NCBI GenBank assembly: GCA_030324005.1
Contig: JARDVH010000163.1
Span: forward strand, 106,992,864 to 107,056,863
Length of the DNA stretch: 64,000 nucleotides
Direction: 5' to 3'
Origin: Negaprion brevirostris
Lineage: Eukaryota
This document shows, in pieces, positions 14,343 through 27,622 of this stretch (positions are counted from its first letter, which is position 1; each line of letters starts with the position of its first letter). The position numbers were made by a program, and so were the translations under genes. The notes below the pieces were generated by a model, which saw only the letters and a program-made list of their open reading frames with translations, had not been told where the DNA came from and searched no databases.

Positions 14343-14498
14343 GATACCAAGATTGCCTCACTGGAAAGAAATATTAGGGATTTAGAAGATGAAATTCAAA
14401 TGCTGAAGACTAATGGAGCCTTGAGTACTGAAGACCGGGAAGAAGAGCTTAAGCAGATGGAAGTTTACAAGAGCCATTCAAAGTTCATGAAAAATAAG
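14343..14498 (+). CDS. ERC2: Internal coding exon (156 nt, phase 0-0) of ERC2/CAST1, ELKS-family coiled-coil active-zone protein
   Basis: Acceptor ...ttttctgtattag and donor AAG|gtgata. Translates DTKIASLERNIRDLEDEIQMLKTNGALSTEDREEELKQMEVYKSHSKFMKNK, matching recalled ERC2 (DTKIASLERNIRDLEDEIQMLK...) better than ERC1 (DSKISSMERGLRDLEEE...). Confidence 0.93.
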
Positions 14499-15025
14499 GT
14501 GATACTTTCTTTTTGGATAGGTGTATGATTTGTAAGTAATCACATGTAAGTGCCCTCTAGAGGTTTCTTTTGCAATTGTTACATGTGCTGATCACTGTGT
14601 GCTGTTATGTATAGCCAGGTGGTGAAGGAGGATGACCAGATGTCAAGTTTCATTCAGTTTTAGATTTACTTACAAAGTAAAATATTATAAATGTAAAACT
14701 CCCAATCCAAACATAATCCCCCACCCGTATCGATAATTGTCTCTTCATATGTGCGCAAGTAATTATTGAAGAGTGGTTTCCCTCTCCCGACCTGTAGATA
14801 ACTTAAATAAACTGGTAATATTTGATTAATTTTATGACTTGAAGAAATGGTCACTTGCTTTGTTTGTTCTTTGGGACCTGTGTGCCTTGATAACAGTAAT
14901 TCTAGGCTAGCCCTTGATGGACCAAGTGGTCTTTCCTTGTCTCTCATTTTCATGTGTTTATACACAGATATTGGCTCTCAAAATTATATTTACTGCATAG
15001 ACTGCATAAGTAAGGTTATAACATG

Positions 15026-15231
15026 GAGATGCCAGCGTTGGACTGGGGTAAACACAGTAAGAAGTCTCAACAGCAGGTTAAAGTCCACCAGATTTATTTG
15101 GTAGCAAAAGCCACTAGCTTTTAGGGTTTGCCCCTTCCATTCACCTGACGAAGGGGCAAACCCTGAAAACTAGTGGTGTTTACTACCAAATAAACCTGTT
15201 GGACTTTAACCTGATGTTGTGAGACTTCCTA
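15026..15231. repeat. Penelope-derived inverted-repeat element, same family as 8697-8918
   Basis: Shared head gatgcc.gcgttggactggggtaaacacagta and inverted arms. Plus strand 15145-15168 reads CUGACGA-A-GGGG-caaa-CCCU-GAAA. Confidence 0.7.
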
Positions 15232-15344
15232 CTAGATAATTTACAGNNNNNNNNNNNNNNNNNNNNNNNNNNNNNNNNNNNNNNNNNNNNNNNNNNNNNN
15301 NNNNNNNNNNNNNNNNNNNNNNNNNNNNNNNNNNNNNNNNNNNN

Positions 15345-16726
15345 NNGCACAATAAGACAGATAACTAATGGCACAAGAGATAAATTGTTCCAATCTCATT
15401 TCCATGAAAGACACAGATACGTGGTGTCCAAGGTCAGCAAATAGACATCGGATAGACAACTTTTAAGGAAAACTGAATGAAAAAGAGGAGTAGTCCTAAT
15501 AGCAAAGGCTGACCGAAGGACAGTGGTGAGAAAGGCTCTCAGCCAGGAAGATCAGAAAGTAAATCACTGAGTGGAGATTGGAAATAACCAAAGTCAGAAA
15601 ATATCAGTGGGAGTAATTTATAAGCCTGCTGACAGTAGTTATACTCTTGGGCAGAGCATTGAGCAAGAAACAATTGGAGCTTGTAGGAAGGGCAATGTAA
15701 TAATTTTAGGGGATTTCAGACAAATCAAATGAGAAAAGATAGTCTGGAAGGTGAGGTCATGGAATGCATTCATGGCTGTTTCCAGGAACAGTTCACTGAG
15801 AAACCAAATAGTGTTGAAGGTATTTGAGTTTAATATTGTGTAATGAGGTAGGCTTAATTAGAAGAGGAGAACTGCCGCGGTTTGATTGAGTAAATAGACT
15901 AAAATGTATGGGGGCGGGATGGGTAAGTAAACAGTGGAGAATATTTAAAGAAACAAAATGTTCAACAAAATATATATTCCATTAAAAACAAAAACTCAGC
16001 CAGAAAGAGCCATCCGTCATTTACTAGGGAAGTTAAAGATGGTATTAGATTAAAAGAAGAGGCTTATAATGTTGCAAAGAACAATCGTAAGCCTGAGGAT
16101 TGGAAGAGTTATAGTCACCCTTTGCTGGTTTCTAAAACATTGATTAAAAAAGGATTAAACTGGAATGTGACAGTAAAATAGTCAGGAGTATAAAAACAGA
16201 TTGTAAGAGCTTTTACAAGTATTTAAAAAGGAAGACAGTAACTTTAGAAACAGAGACAGAAGAAATTATCAGGGAAATGAGGAAATGGCAGAGACATTGA
16301 GTAAATCTTCTGTGCCTGCCTTCACAACGGAAGATACAAGTTATATCCAGAAGTAGAAGGTAACCTAGGTGCAAATGTTAAGATAATTATTATCAGCAGG
16401 GGAAGAAGTACTGGAGAAACTTAAGGGACTAAAATCCAAGAAGTCCCCAGGACCTGTTGACCTATATCCTAGGGCTTTAATGGAGGCGCCCACAGAGGTA
16501 GTGAATGGCCTGGTTATGATTTTCTGAAATTCTCTGGATTCTAAAAGGCCCACAGATTGAAAGTTGGCAAATATAACACTATTCAAGACATGAGGTAGCA
16601 GGGAAACATTGAATTAGAAGTCTGACATCAATTTGTCAGGGAAATTGTTAATGAACTCTTACCAATTCATTAAGAAAATCATAGTATGACTAGTATCATC
16701 AAAATCTTACAAAAGGGAAGTAGAGT
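15345..16726 (+). mobile_element. CR1 LINE ORF2 remnant (endonuclease-RT linker)
   Basis: Degenerate VGVIYKP, ILGDF, KSPGP..LYPRAL and WKLANIT motifs with many stops. Confidence 0.75.
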
Positions 16727-16904
16727 NNNNNNNNNNNNNNNNNNNNNNNNNNNNNNNNNNNNNNNNNNNNNNNNNNNNNNNNNNNNNNNNNNNNNNNNNN
16801 NNNNNNNNNNNNNNNNNNNNNNNNNNNNNNNNNNNNNNNNNNNNNNNNNNNNNNNNNNNNNNNNNNNNNNNNNNNNNNNNNNNNNNNNNNNNNNNNNNNN
16901 NNNN

Positions 16905-18060
16905 GGTAGGTTCGTGGTTCAGGGGGAGGTAGGAAGAAGTATCTGAGAGGTGGTGTTCTGTTTTGATGATGCCATCTTCAAAAATGGCATTTCTGGCATG
17001 TCTGTCTTTTTCCTTAGCTGAGGTTTCCTCCCCCTGCAATTGACAGAACATTCAGCTGCATTCACCCCATTTCCTGCACCACTGCCCTCACCCCTTCCTC
17101 TTCCTCTCAGAAGCAGGATGGGGTCCCCTTTGTCCTCACTTTCCATCCTACCAACCACATTCAAAGGATCATTCTCCACCATTTCCACCAGTTCCAGCAC
17201 AGAACACATTTTTCCCTCACCCCTCCCTGTCAGCGTTTCACAGGTACCACTCCCTCCGTGACATCCTGATCTGCTCCTCCATGAAGCCCTTCTCCTTCCC
17301 TCGGCATTGTATCTTGTAATCGCAGAAGATGTCTCTTTACCTCCACCCTCCTCACCGGTCGAGGCCCCAGGGGCTCCTTTCTGGTGTAGCAGTGTTTCAT
17401 TTGCACCTGCTTCAGTTTGGTCTACTGTATCTGCTGCGCCCAGTGCCGTCGTCTCTACACAGACTACGCAGAGAAGACTAATTGCAAACTGGGTGACCAC
17501 TTTGTTCAGTTTGCAAGCTTGACTCTAACCTTCCTGTCACTTGCCATTTCAACTCAACGCCTTGCTGTCCCGCCCATGTGTCTATCCTTGGCCTGCTGCA
17601 ATGCTGCAGTGAAGGCCAATGCAAACCGGAGGAACAGATCTCATCTTCTGCTCAGCATTGAATTCAACAATTTTAGACTATGATCTTTCTCTTCCATCTC
17701 CACCTTTTTTGTAATAGCACAAACATTTTTTTTTTGCTCCAATGTAAAAACCCTCCCTTGCTGGGATATCTGTCTTGCGTTTTGCCGCAACCCAGTTCCC
17801 ACTAGTTGTTATTACCCCTCATGTCATCACATTTACCACTCTCTTTACTTCTGTAGAAGGGTGACGTGGACTCAAAATGTTGGCCCAATGTCTCCCACAA
17901 TGTCTGCAGATGGAATTCTCCATGGCTGCTGCAGCGAATGGAGTTTTGGCTGAGCAACAAATTCTCCATTCTCCCTGGCAGTGGAGTAACTATGGATAAG
18001 ATCTCCCTATGGATGCTGCCAGACCTGCGGAGGTTTTCCAGCTTCCTCTGTTTTGGTGGT
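16905..18060 (+). mobile_element. Penelope-like element remnant (GIY-YIG end and 3' terminal repeat)
   Basis: gtcccctttgtcctcactttccatcc (VPFVLTFHP) and VYCICCAQCRRLY...KLGDHF, a decayed form of VYCIRCSQCGLLYIGETKRRLGDRF. Confidence 0.75.
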
Positions 18061-19809
18061 TGAAGCAGCATGCTTTTTGATTTGATCAGCCAGTTGTTAG
18101 GATATATAGTCTTCTTAGAAGCAGCAGGGGGGACAATCCCCTGGGGCTGTTCCCCTCCACAATAGGTTTTCAGTCCTGGAGGCTACAGTTGAGGAGGAAT
18201 CAACTGAGGATAGCCAAAGGGAGAAGGTCTCTGGGGGNNNNNNNNNNNNNNNNNNNNNNNNNNNNNNNNNNNNNNNNNNNNNNNNNNNNNNNNNNNNNNN
18301 NNNNNNNNNNNNNNNNNNNNNNNNNNNNNNNNNNNNNNNNNNNNNNNNNNNNNNNNNNNNNNNNNNNNNNNNNNNNNNNNNNNNNNNNNNNNNNNNNNNN
18401 NNNNNNNNNNNNNNNNNNNNNNNNNNNNNNNNNNNNNNNNNNNNNNNNNNNNNNNNNNNNNNNNNNNNNNNNNNNNNNNNNNNNNNNNNNNNNNNNNNNN
18501 NNNNNNNNNNNNNNNNNNNNNNNNNNNNNNNNNNNNNNNNNNNNNNNNNNNNNNNNNNNNNNNNNNNNNNNNNNNNNNNNNNNNNNNNNNNNNNNNNNNN
18601 NNNNNNNNNNNNNNNNNNNNNNNNNNNNNNNNNNNNNNNNNNNNNNNNNNNNNNNNNNNNNNNNNNNNNNNNNNNNNNNNNNNNNNNNNNNNNNNNNNNN
18701 NNNNNNNNNNNNNNNNNNNNNNNNNNNNNNNNNNNNNNNNNNNNNNNNNNNNNNNNNNNNNNNNNNNNNNNNNNNNNNNNNNNNNNNNNNNNNNNNNNNN
18801 NNNNNNNNNNNNNNNNNNNNNNNNNNNNNNNNNNTTTGCCGCACTATGAAGTAATACTAAAAACAAATAATGTCTTTGCGAATGCCTCACTGTGATTCTG
18901 AACAGATTCTATGAATTCGCCCATTTGTTTGTCAGTTATAAAGTCATTAACCTTGGCAAGGTAGAAATATAAACAAAGCTAACTGGATTGTAAATTGGGC
19001 TTTGAATTTTTTGTTAACAGAATTTGAATACTGTGTTCATAACATAAATGCTGGACAAAATGAAAAGATTGTGACAGATAAACGACAACGAGGCTCATGA
19101 AAACATTGCCTCAGGCAGTGCATTTTTGTCGTTCTTTATGAGCTATCTCTGAATCAAAAAATGCTAAGTGTTATTAACCTTTGAACTGCACCAACTGAGC
19201 AAAATAACCCAACAGAAAGACGTAGTATTTCTTAGATTTTTAAATTAGTTTCCAGAAAGCAAGTATTCTATTATGCTTGTCATTGCCTACTTAAAAATTT
19301 ATAAAAAAAAGGGACTTTCAACAAAATGAGTCTATCTTGTCCCTTGTCAACACGGTAACATTTTGATGATCCTCCACAAAGCTCTTTCACCAGATCCATC
19401 CATAATTAATTCTGTGTTATGTGAGTTCTTAAATGTGTTACAAATCCCTCCATTCAACCGGTGACCTTTTGAGGTGGAAGTGGTATTTATTTTTCTGCCC
19501 TGAATGTTTTCCTTCATAAAAGGCCTATGGTTCAGATTGTATAAAAAGGATTGATAAGGAAAAAAATAGAAACCTGGCCAGCGCTTGTACAACAAAGGTC
19601 TTTTCATTGATTTTTGGGTGAAAATAATCTTAGTGTATCAGTCTTAGTTTCTTTATGAGAAATTGAAGAACCCCATGTTCTACAATTTTATTCCTTAAAT
19701 TTGCTTCATACTAAATAGGCACAAAATGGATTTTTAAAAACATTTCAAAATATATTTTAACGTGTACAGATCCTGTCAACTTATTTGATTGTAACTAATT
19801 TGTCCCCCT

Positions 19810-21121
19810 TTATATTGGTAATTGGCCATGTAAACGTGTCGTGTTTAATTGCCTCTTCAGGCCAATGGAAACATTGCATTGCCAGCAGTGGAGGCAAAGT
19901 ACAATTACTGTGTTCCAGAGCTACGTCGGCAGGGTGCACTATTCATGTGAGCACCTGCACAGGAGGAGGACTCTGCCATGAAAGTTCCCATCTTCAACAA
20001 TGGGGTAGGCCTCAGCCTAAGTGTGCAACGAGCAATCCTGAAGCATTTGCAACCATCTTCAGCCAGAAGAGTAGTTGACCCAGCCCAGCCTATTTCTGAG
20101 GACTCGACCATCACAGATGTCTACGTTTCGAGTCAGGATGACCCCTCGTCTGACGAAGGGTCATCCTGGCTTGAAAGGTTGGTTCTATTCTCTCTCCACA
20201 GATGTCGTCAGACCTGCTGAAATTTTCCAGTAATTTCTGTTCTGTTTCAGATTCTAGCATCCAAGGTATTTTGCTTTTATCACGGATATCTGTCTTCAAC
20301 CAATTTGATTCACCCTGTGATTTTAAGAAAGAGATAAGTGTGCAGGGAATAGAGCAAAGACTATGGACCCTGACAGCATCCCAAATGGAGTGTTGGAAGA
20401 TATGTGTTCTAGAACTAACTGCACCCCTAGCCAAGCTGTCCCAGTAAAACTACTAAGACTGGCATCTACCTGACAAAGTAAGAAATTCCCCAGCAGGACC
20501 GTTCCATACTGTTCTGCCAGCCGACTCTGAACCATCAGAGACATGATTATCAGTATTTACCTGTAACCTGCTCACCAACGTTCAGTTAGAGTTCCTCCAA
20601 GGCCACTGTGCTCCAAACCATGTTACTGTCTTGGCCAAAACATGGGCAGGGGAGCTGAATTCCAGAAGTGTGAGGTGAGAATGACTGACTGTTCTTGACA
20701 TCAAAGTAGTGTTCCATCAAATTTGGAACCAAGGAGTCGGTGGGAATCAGGAGGAAAACTCTAAACGGGCTGGAGTCCAATCCGGCACACAGGAAGATGG
20801 TAGTGATCGTTGGAAGCAAAACATCATCTCCTCAGTCCCAGGTCGATGCTGCACGAGTTTCTCAGAACTGTGTCCAAGGCCTAATCACCTTCGACTGCTT
20901 CATAATGAACTTTCTTCAACATCAGAGCTGAAGTGGGAATATTCCTTGGTAATTGCAGTTCCATTCACAATTTTGCAAATAATGAACAGCCTTGGATTCA
21001 CCACTAATCAGAAATTTAATTTGTCCAGCTACACAAATACTGTGGCTGCAAGCGCAGGTCAGAGGCTGGCTGTTTTGCGGTGAGTGACTCACTTCCTGAC
21101 TTACAAAAACTTGTCAACCCA
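19810..21121 (+). mobile_element. CR1-type LINE RT remnant; continues at 23351-23585 and about 24370-24660
   Basis: GP(D)SIP..VLKICVLEL..PLAKL and LDIK.VFHQIW-type RT motifs; interrupted by Penelope (about 20115-20280) and Tigger insertions. Confidence 0.7.
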
Positions 21122-23350
21122 CAGTAAAATTCTAATGAGTCGAATCCCCGGGGATCTATCCACAAATTAATGTTAAGTGGAAACTTCATAGAATCCTACA
21201 GTGCAGAAGGAGGCCATTCAGCCCACGGAGTCTGCACTGACCGCAATCCCACCAAGGCCCTATTCCCATAACCCCATGTATTTACTGTAGCTAATCCCCC
21301 TGACACCAAGGGGCAATTTTTTAGCATGGCCGATCCACCTAACCTACACATCTTTGGACAGTGGGAGGAAACCGGAGCACCTGGAAGAAACCCAGGCAGA
21401 CACAGCAAATGTGCAAACTTTACAGATAATGACCCAAACCAGGAATTGAACCCCGGTCCCTGGAGCTGTGAGGCAGCAGTGCCACCCATTGTGCCACTGT
21501 GCCACCCATATGATGACCTAGGAAACCCTCATCCCAAATTAATGTATCTATGTCATCTATTAATGTGTCAAATGAAAACACAGTATTGCAGTAAAAGTAT
21601 GAAAAAGTTTTTATTTTAATTTGTTCACAGCTTACAATGGCTTGACCTTACAAAAGGTTAGAACTGTGCATTGAAAAATGTTGCAAGTTAGCTCCAGAAA
21701 AACTACTTACACATGCCTGATTCAGGTCACCGGATTGTCATTGCAGTCAAACGTGTTTTTTGGTATTTTCCTGCTGCAATGAAAAATCCTGAAGCACTTC
21801 TACGAATTTCTATGACCTTTCTGGAATCGGCTAAAGAAACAAGTGGGTAGGTATTCATCGGGGTTCCCCAGCTGGGACTTTTGCTCTTCCTGATGCATAT
21901 TAATGATCCAGATCTTGGTGTGCAGGAACAATTTCAAAGTTTCCAGGTGATGCAAAACTTGGAAGCAGTGTAAACTGAGAGCACAGCAGTGTCAAACTTC
22001 AAAAGGACGTTGACAAGTTGTGAAGTGGACAGATGGGTTTTGGTTGCCACACTTTAGGAAGGATGTGAACGTTTGGGAGAGAATGCAGAAGAGGTTTACA
22101 AAAATGGTTCCAGTGATGAGAAACTTCTGTTATGAAGATAATTGGGAGAAGTTGTGACTGTCCTTCTTGGATTGGAGAAGGCCAGGAAGAGATTTGATCG
22201 AAGCATTCAAAATCATGGGCAGAGTAGACAGGGAGAAACTGTTCCCACTTGTAAAAGAATCAAGAATAAGAAGGCACAGATTTAAAGTGATTTACGCAAG
22301 GAGTAAATGTGATGTGAGAAAAATCTTTTCCACGCAGCAAATGATTTGGGTCTAGAATGTACTGCCAGGGAATGTGGTGGGGGCACATTGAGGTTCCATT
22401 GAGACGTGCAAGAATGCATTGGATGATTATTTTGAACAGAAGCAATATGCAGAGTTACAGAGAAAAGGCAGGGGATTGGCACAGAGTCATAATGCTCATT
22501 TGGAGAGTTGGTGAAGAGATGATGAGCCACATAGATGCCTCCTGCATCGTTATGATTGTGACTCTTCAGGGTAATTGGCCTCACTGGGCTCCTCAGTTGA
22601 AGTAAGTATTGCATCTATAATTGCATTAACCAGCAGTTCTGTTGTTCAGCATATAGCATTGCCCACCTCTGCACAGCTTTCCATGGTTGTACTCAAATTT
22701 TCATGCAGGCTAATGAAAAGTGCAGTGCCATTGGTTTGGTGGCCTTGCCCTGCTCTTTCTTGTACAGTCGCAACCTGTTTGAACCCAGCCTATTGAAGCA
22801 CTTGGCGATTGTGGCTTCTGTCACCATCTTCCATGTCGCCATCATCATGAACATGGCCTCCAGGGCAGTTGGATTGTACTTCTTTTCAAAGGCCTTGAAA
22901 ACCTGAGAAAATGCCTGCTTGTTGAACTGTTCAAAATTGTAGATAAAATTGAGTGGGAATCTCCCACTCCCTCACGATGTCTGCTTTCTACGACAATTTT
23001 CCATTTGCTGTATGAACTTCACTTCTCTCCAATCAACAACGCTTTAAATTTTGTATCAAGTCTAACCATACTCACAGGTTTTTTATGCTCTTTGACAGTG
23101 AGATCTTGATGTCAAATGGTGGCTTGCCCTGCACTCTGATTTTGTGATTGTGCGGCCTAACTCTGCTCTGGTCAAAGTTAGGTCAATGACAAGATTAGAC
23201 AAGTTTGGCTCCTCCAGAGCTAGCCAGTGCAAATTTCTGCTTATCCTGGGCATCCTTCCAAGGGACTTGCTACACTTGTCAGCCAGGATAGTTGATGACT
23301 TTGATACAATGGGAATTCTCTCATCTGAGTTTGACATTGCGATCTCACCG
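21122..23350 (-). mobile_element. Tigger/pogo-type DNA transposon remnant with internal deletion, containing a nested SINE (21188-21506) and CR1 (about 21850-22560)
   Basis: Minus-strand KFKALLIGEK/VKFIQQMENC/KADIVREW/HSILSTILN resembles the CENP-B/psq HTH, and ALEAMFMMMATWKMVTEATIAKCFNRL resembles the DDE_1 C-terminus. Degenerate TIRs cagtaaaatt../..gatctcaccg with a 2-bp CA duplication; the host CR1 resumes on both sides. Confidence 0.68.
21188..21506 (-). mobile_element. HE1-like SINE
   Basis: Same signature as 10946-11276. Confidence 0.85.
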
Positions 23351-26300
23351 CATTTATAAGGCACAAGTCAAGCGAATGATGGAATATCCTCCACTTGCCT
23401 GGATGAGTGCAGTCCCCATAACATGCAAGAAACTCAATGCCATCCAGTACACAACAAACCGCTTGATCGGCACCACCATCTTAAACATTCAGTGCCTCCA
23501 CCACTAGCACAACGTGACTGCAGCATGTATCATCTGCAAGGAGCGCTGCGGCATCTTGCTAAGATACATTCCATAACACCTCCCAAAATCAAAATATAAT
23601 ACTGTAGATGCTGGAATTCAGAACAAAAACAAAAAATGCTGCAAAAACTTAGTAGGTCTGGCATCATTTGTGGAGATAGAAAATCGAATCAATGCCTTGA
23701 GTACATATCAGTCTACATCAGAGCTAAAGCGAGGGAGAAATGTGATGGATTACATGATGCGTAAGAAGGGTGGAGCAGCTGGAACAGAATAGAAGATCAG
23801 TAGTAGGTGGGAGTTAGCAGAGATTGCAACAAAGATGTGTAGGTCACGAGTCAGGAAGCATTAATGACAGGGAAAGATGCTAGTAATGGCTTAAAGATAT
23901 CAGAATGTGTTAATGGGAGAATAAAAATGAGTNNNNNNNNNNNNNNNNNNNNNNNNNNNNNNNNNNNNNNNNNNNNNNNNNNNNNNNNNNNNNNNNNNNN
24001 NNNNNNNNNNNNNNNNNNNNNNNNNNNNNNNNNNNNNNNNNNNNNNNNNNNNNNNNNNNNNNNNNNNNNNNNNNNNNNNNNNNNNNNNNNNNNNNNNNNN
24101 NNNNNNNNNNNNNNNNNNNNNNNNNNNNNNNNNNNNNNNNNNNNNNNNNNNNNNNNNNNNNNNNNNNNNNNNNNNNNNNNNNNNNNNNNNNNNNNNNNNN
24201 NNNNNNNNNNNNNNNNNNNNNNNNNNNNNNNNNNNNNNNNNNNNNNNNNNNNNNNNNNNNNNNNNNNNNNNNNNNNNNNNNNNNNNNNNNNNNNNNNNNN
24301 NNNNNNNNNNNNNNNNNNNNNNNNNNNNNNNNNNNNNNNNNNNNNNNNNNNNNNNNNNNNNNNNNNATCTTGACAAGCGACCTCCCAAAATCATTAATCT
24401 CTACCTCCTGAGAAGCACAAGGACAGCAGGGTGTATGGAAATACTGCCACATAAACCTTCCTTTCCAAGCCGCACACCATCCTGACTCAGTCCTCTGTTG
24501 TCCCGAGTTCAGAACTTTATTTTATCTTCTTTCCATTGTGGAAAAACTTACACCCCATGGACTGCAGCAGTTTGACAAGGCGGCTCATCACCTTCGCCAG
24601 GGCAATTAGGGATGAGCAATAAATGCTGGCTCTGTTGGTGACACTTGCATCCCATGAACAAATGCAAAGAATGAATTTATAGTACATTAATGGATCTTGT
24701 ATTTGGGTGTAGATCCTATTGTGTTTCGTGGTTTCCTGTTGTAATGTTTCTGTCACACTATTTGTGTCAACTTCTACCTTTCATAAATTCACCTTTCATA
24801 AACTTGTTAGTATGCAGTTTGGTGGTTTGAATTCCCACAATTCTGTTTCTTTTTCACCCATTGAATGTTATTCTCCTCAACAGCTGAAATTTCTAATATC
24901 TGAAGAAGTTGTTTGCTTCTTCATAACATGTTTAACTTCATCCATTAAATCATCTGTTGTGCTTTATCAGGCTTTCAGTATGGTTACTATTCATTCTTCA
25001 GTATCTGTAAAAAGTAATGATTGAGTTGATAAAACTTGAAAGTTGTCAGTGAATTTGCTATGTTGTCTGAGCATGCTTGGGGCCCCAGTTTCGCTGGGTG
25101 CATTGGTCTGATTCAATCACTAGGAGCGGGGATTTTCTTTTGCTGTAGCTTCTTGCCTTTTCCCAAGATCTCAGTTTTTGCAAGAAAAACGACAGGTAAA
25201 ATTCCCATTGTTGACGAGGGGGAAACGAGTGTTCTGATTGCACACCTGCTGCAGCCCAATAGGTCAATTTGGAGACCGCTTAAGTATTTGAAATAAGCAA
25301 TCGTGCTCAGCCACAAGCTCCTACTAATAGCAGGGAGTTCAATAAGTTGGCTTTTGACTGATTGACCAGTAAATGCTGAGAAGTTCTTGTTTCTCCCTAC
25401 CCCTCCCTCGCTTAATCTTAATTTTATTGTTTTGTGTTCACTCTGACTTACCTTCTGCTTATTTTGGTTGAAAATTGATCTGAAGCTTTCTCCTTGCATA
25501 TTTTGAAAGTCTAGGTTTTCCGCCCTGATCATTTTAATAGGCAGGAACACAGTGTTGAGAAGGCAAAAAACCTTGGTGTGTTTTCTTTCTCTTTCTGTGG
25601 TTATTTGTGTTGCTTTTGTTTGGGTGTGTTCCTGCTTTGACAATAGTACTGCCACAACATAGTTTCTGCTGCATAGCAATACTAAAATTTCAATCTAAAT
25701 TCAGGACCTGACACTGCAGGGGGATTTCAGAGAAGGTGGGTTTGAAACTGCAAGGATCATAACAACGAATGCATGTATTTTGTTCATGTTCAGTCCCACT
25801 GATATGCTGTGACTAATTAAGTCAAATTCCATTTTCATTAAATGGCCTTCCGAAATTTTTTTTTAACTGGCCCTTTGAGGATTGAATTCCACAGCATTTC
25901 CCATTATTCTGTGAAAGCCATAATTACTAGCTTTTATTTATAAAATGGAGCAGTTTTCTTGACGAGGAAGTAGCTTTGATGGATAAATGTGGGATGTGGG
26001 CCATTTGTTTTTCCGAGTGGAGCAAACAAGGAAAATAGAGGTGCAAGCATTTTAAGTTTAGCAGCAGAGTTGGGAAGAGTGAAAGTAAGCAAGCATTAGA
26101 AACCAGAAACTTTAGATCCTATAAACTGGCGTACCTGAGTTAAAAGGCACAAAAGCTGGACACTAATGACACCAAAGGATAGAGGGAAAAATGGCAAAAG
26201 AGATACATGTTCAGCCACAATCTGATTGACGGTGGTGCTGTGCTATTACAGGTAGTACTTTGGAGAAGAACATACAGCAAAAATAATGGATTCCTTTCTC

Positions 26301-27622
26301 CAAGCCCAATGTTCTAATTCCAAGCCTGAATGATCTTTCCCTACACTCTAGCCAGGACTGTAACACTATATTTTGCACTCTCTCCTTTCCTTCTGAATGT
26401 ACAATATACTTTGTGTGTATAGCACATGAGCAATAATGCTTTTCACTGTATAGTAACACGTGACCAATCAAATCGATTGAATGAATGAACAGGCTTGACG
26501 GGCCAAATGGCTTACTCCTGCTCTCTGTTCCTAACACACGTTCAGTTATTTAATGCATCATTTGTGAATTCCAGTTTCTGGGAATAAAATGACAGTCAGA
26601 ATTGTTTGAAAAAACTATTTTGAGAGAGTTGGATTGTATATCAAAAACCAGAATGGTGCAAGTTGACAAAGCAAAATTGAATGGTAAACATTAATGCATC
26701 AATTAAAAAGGATAAAGTTAACACATGTATAACCAAAACATTTAACAGAAAGTAAAGTTTGAGGGGACAAGTGTACATCCTGTGCAAGATTTTTAATAAG
26801 ATACAGGTTTTAATATATTACTGTAAATGGTCCCATGAATTTGGAGGTAATGCAGAAGCTCTTGCTACAGTCTAAATATTTACATTTAACAACCAAATTG
26901 AATAAATACGGTTCCAGCCAGGTACTATGGACTGAATACTGCCTGACTGTGATTTCAGCCTCCTAACAACTCCATGTGTTTACTACAGCTTTTCTATTCA
27001 CTTGTATTACTGTCCGTCATCTAGACTGTAAAACAAGTAGTTTGCACCATCATTCTTTTTCAGGAGTTGAGAACATCATTGACAAGGCCAGCATTTGTTC
27101 CTCGGAATTTAGTTTGAGTGAGTGTAACGTGTATACATATGTTTCGATCAAGTGTCTTGGAAATGCCTTGCTGATGCTTTGCAACAGAAATAGGACCAGT
27201 GTTGTAATTTTTGCATGAGCAAAAAATACACTCTTCAAATCCAGTTACTTGATGTGAGTAATTTCAAAGCAGAATCTTTCAGTTTAAAGAATAGGGTTAA
27301 TGTTATTGTTTTGCTCGCTAACACAAACTTGAGATCTTTTGACCACTTGAAATACTTAAACAAGTTGCAGTCAAATGCCATCAGTGGAGACTTCTTCGAA
27401 ACCTCCACATCTGGTGCCTTTGTATCATGAGGCTACCAGTATTGTCTGTGGATTGCTATGTTCCTGTGGGGCCACTTATGAATTCATTGGCTTTGCTGTA
27501 GGAACAAAATATTGCAAATGCTGTACTTGATTTTTTTACTTCATGTTCAGCATGTTTGTTTAAGTGTTATTGACTATATGGATTTTAATGTCATGTAATG
27601 GTGTTCTTGTTTTCAATTACAG

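Noticed and set aside
25113-25679. 188-aa minus-strand ORF
   Set aside because: No recognisable domain or splice context; it partly overlaps a palindromic repeat and a pyrimidine-rich tract.
25640-25780. Polypyrimidine tract, several AGs, an AAG|gtgggt donor and TGCATG suggesting an ERC2 cassette exon
   Set aside because: The acceptors checked give 89, 73, 59 and 31 nt, none frame-preserving, and there is no ERC-like translation.
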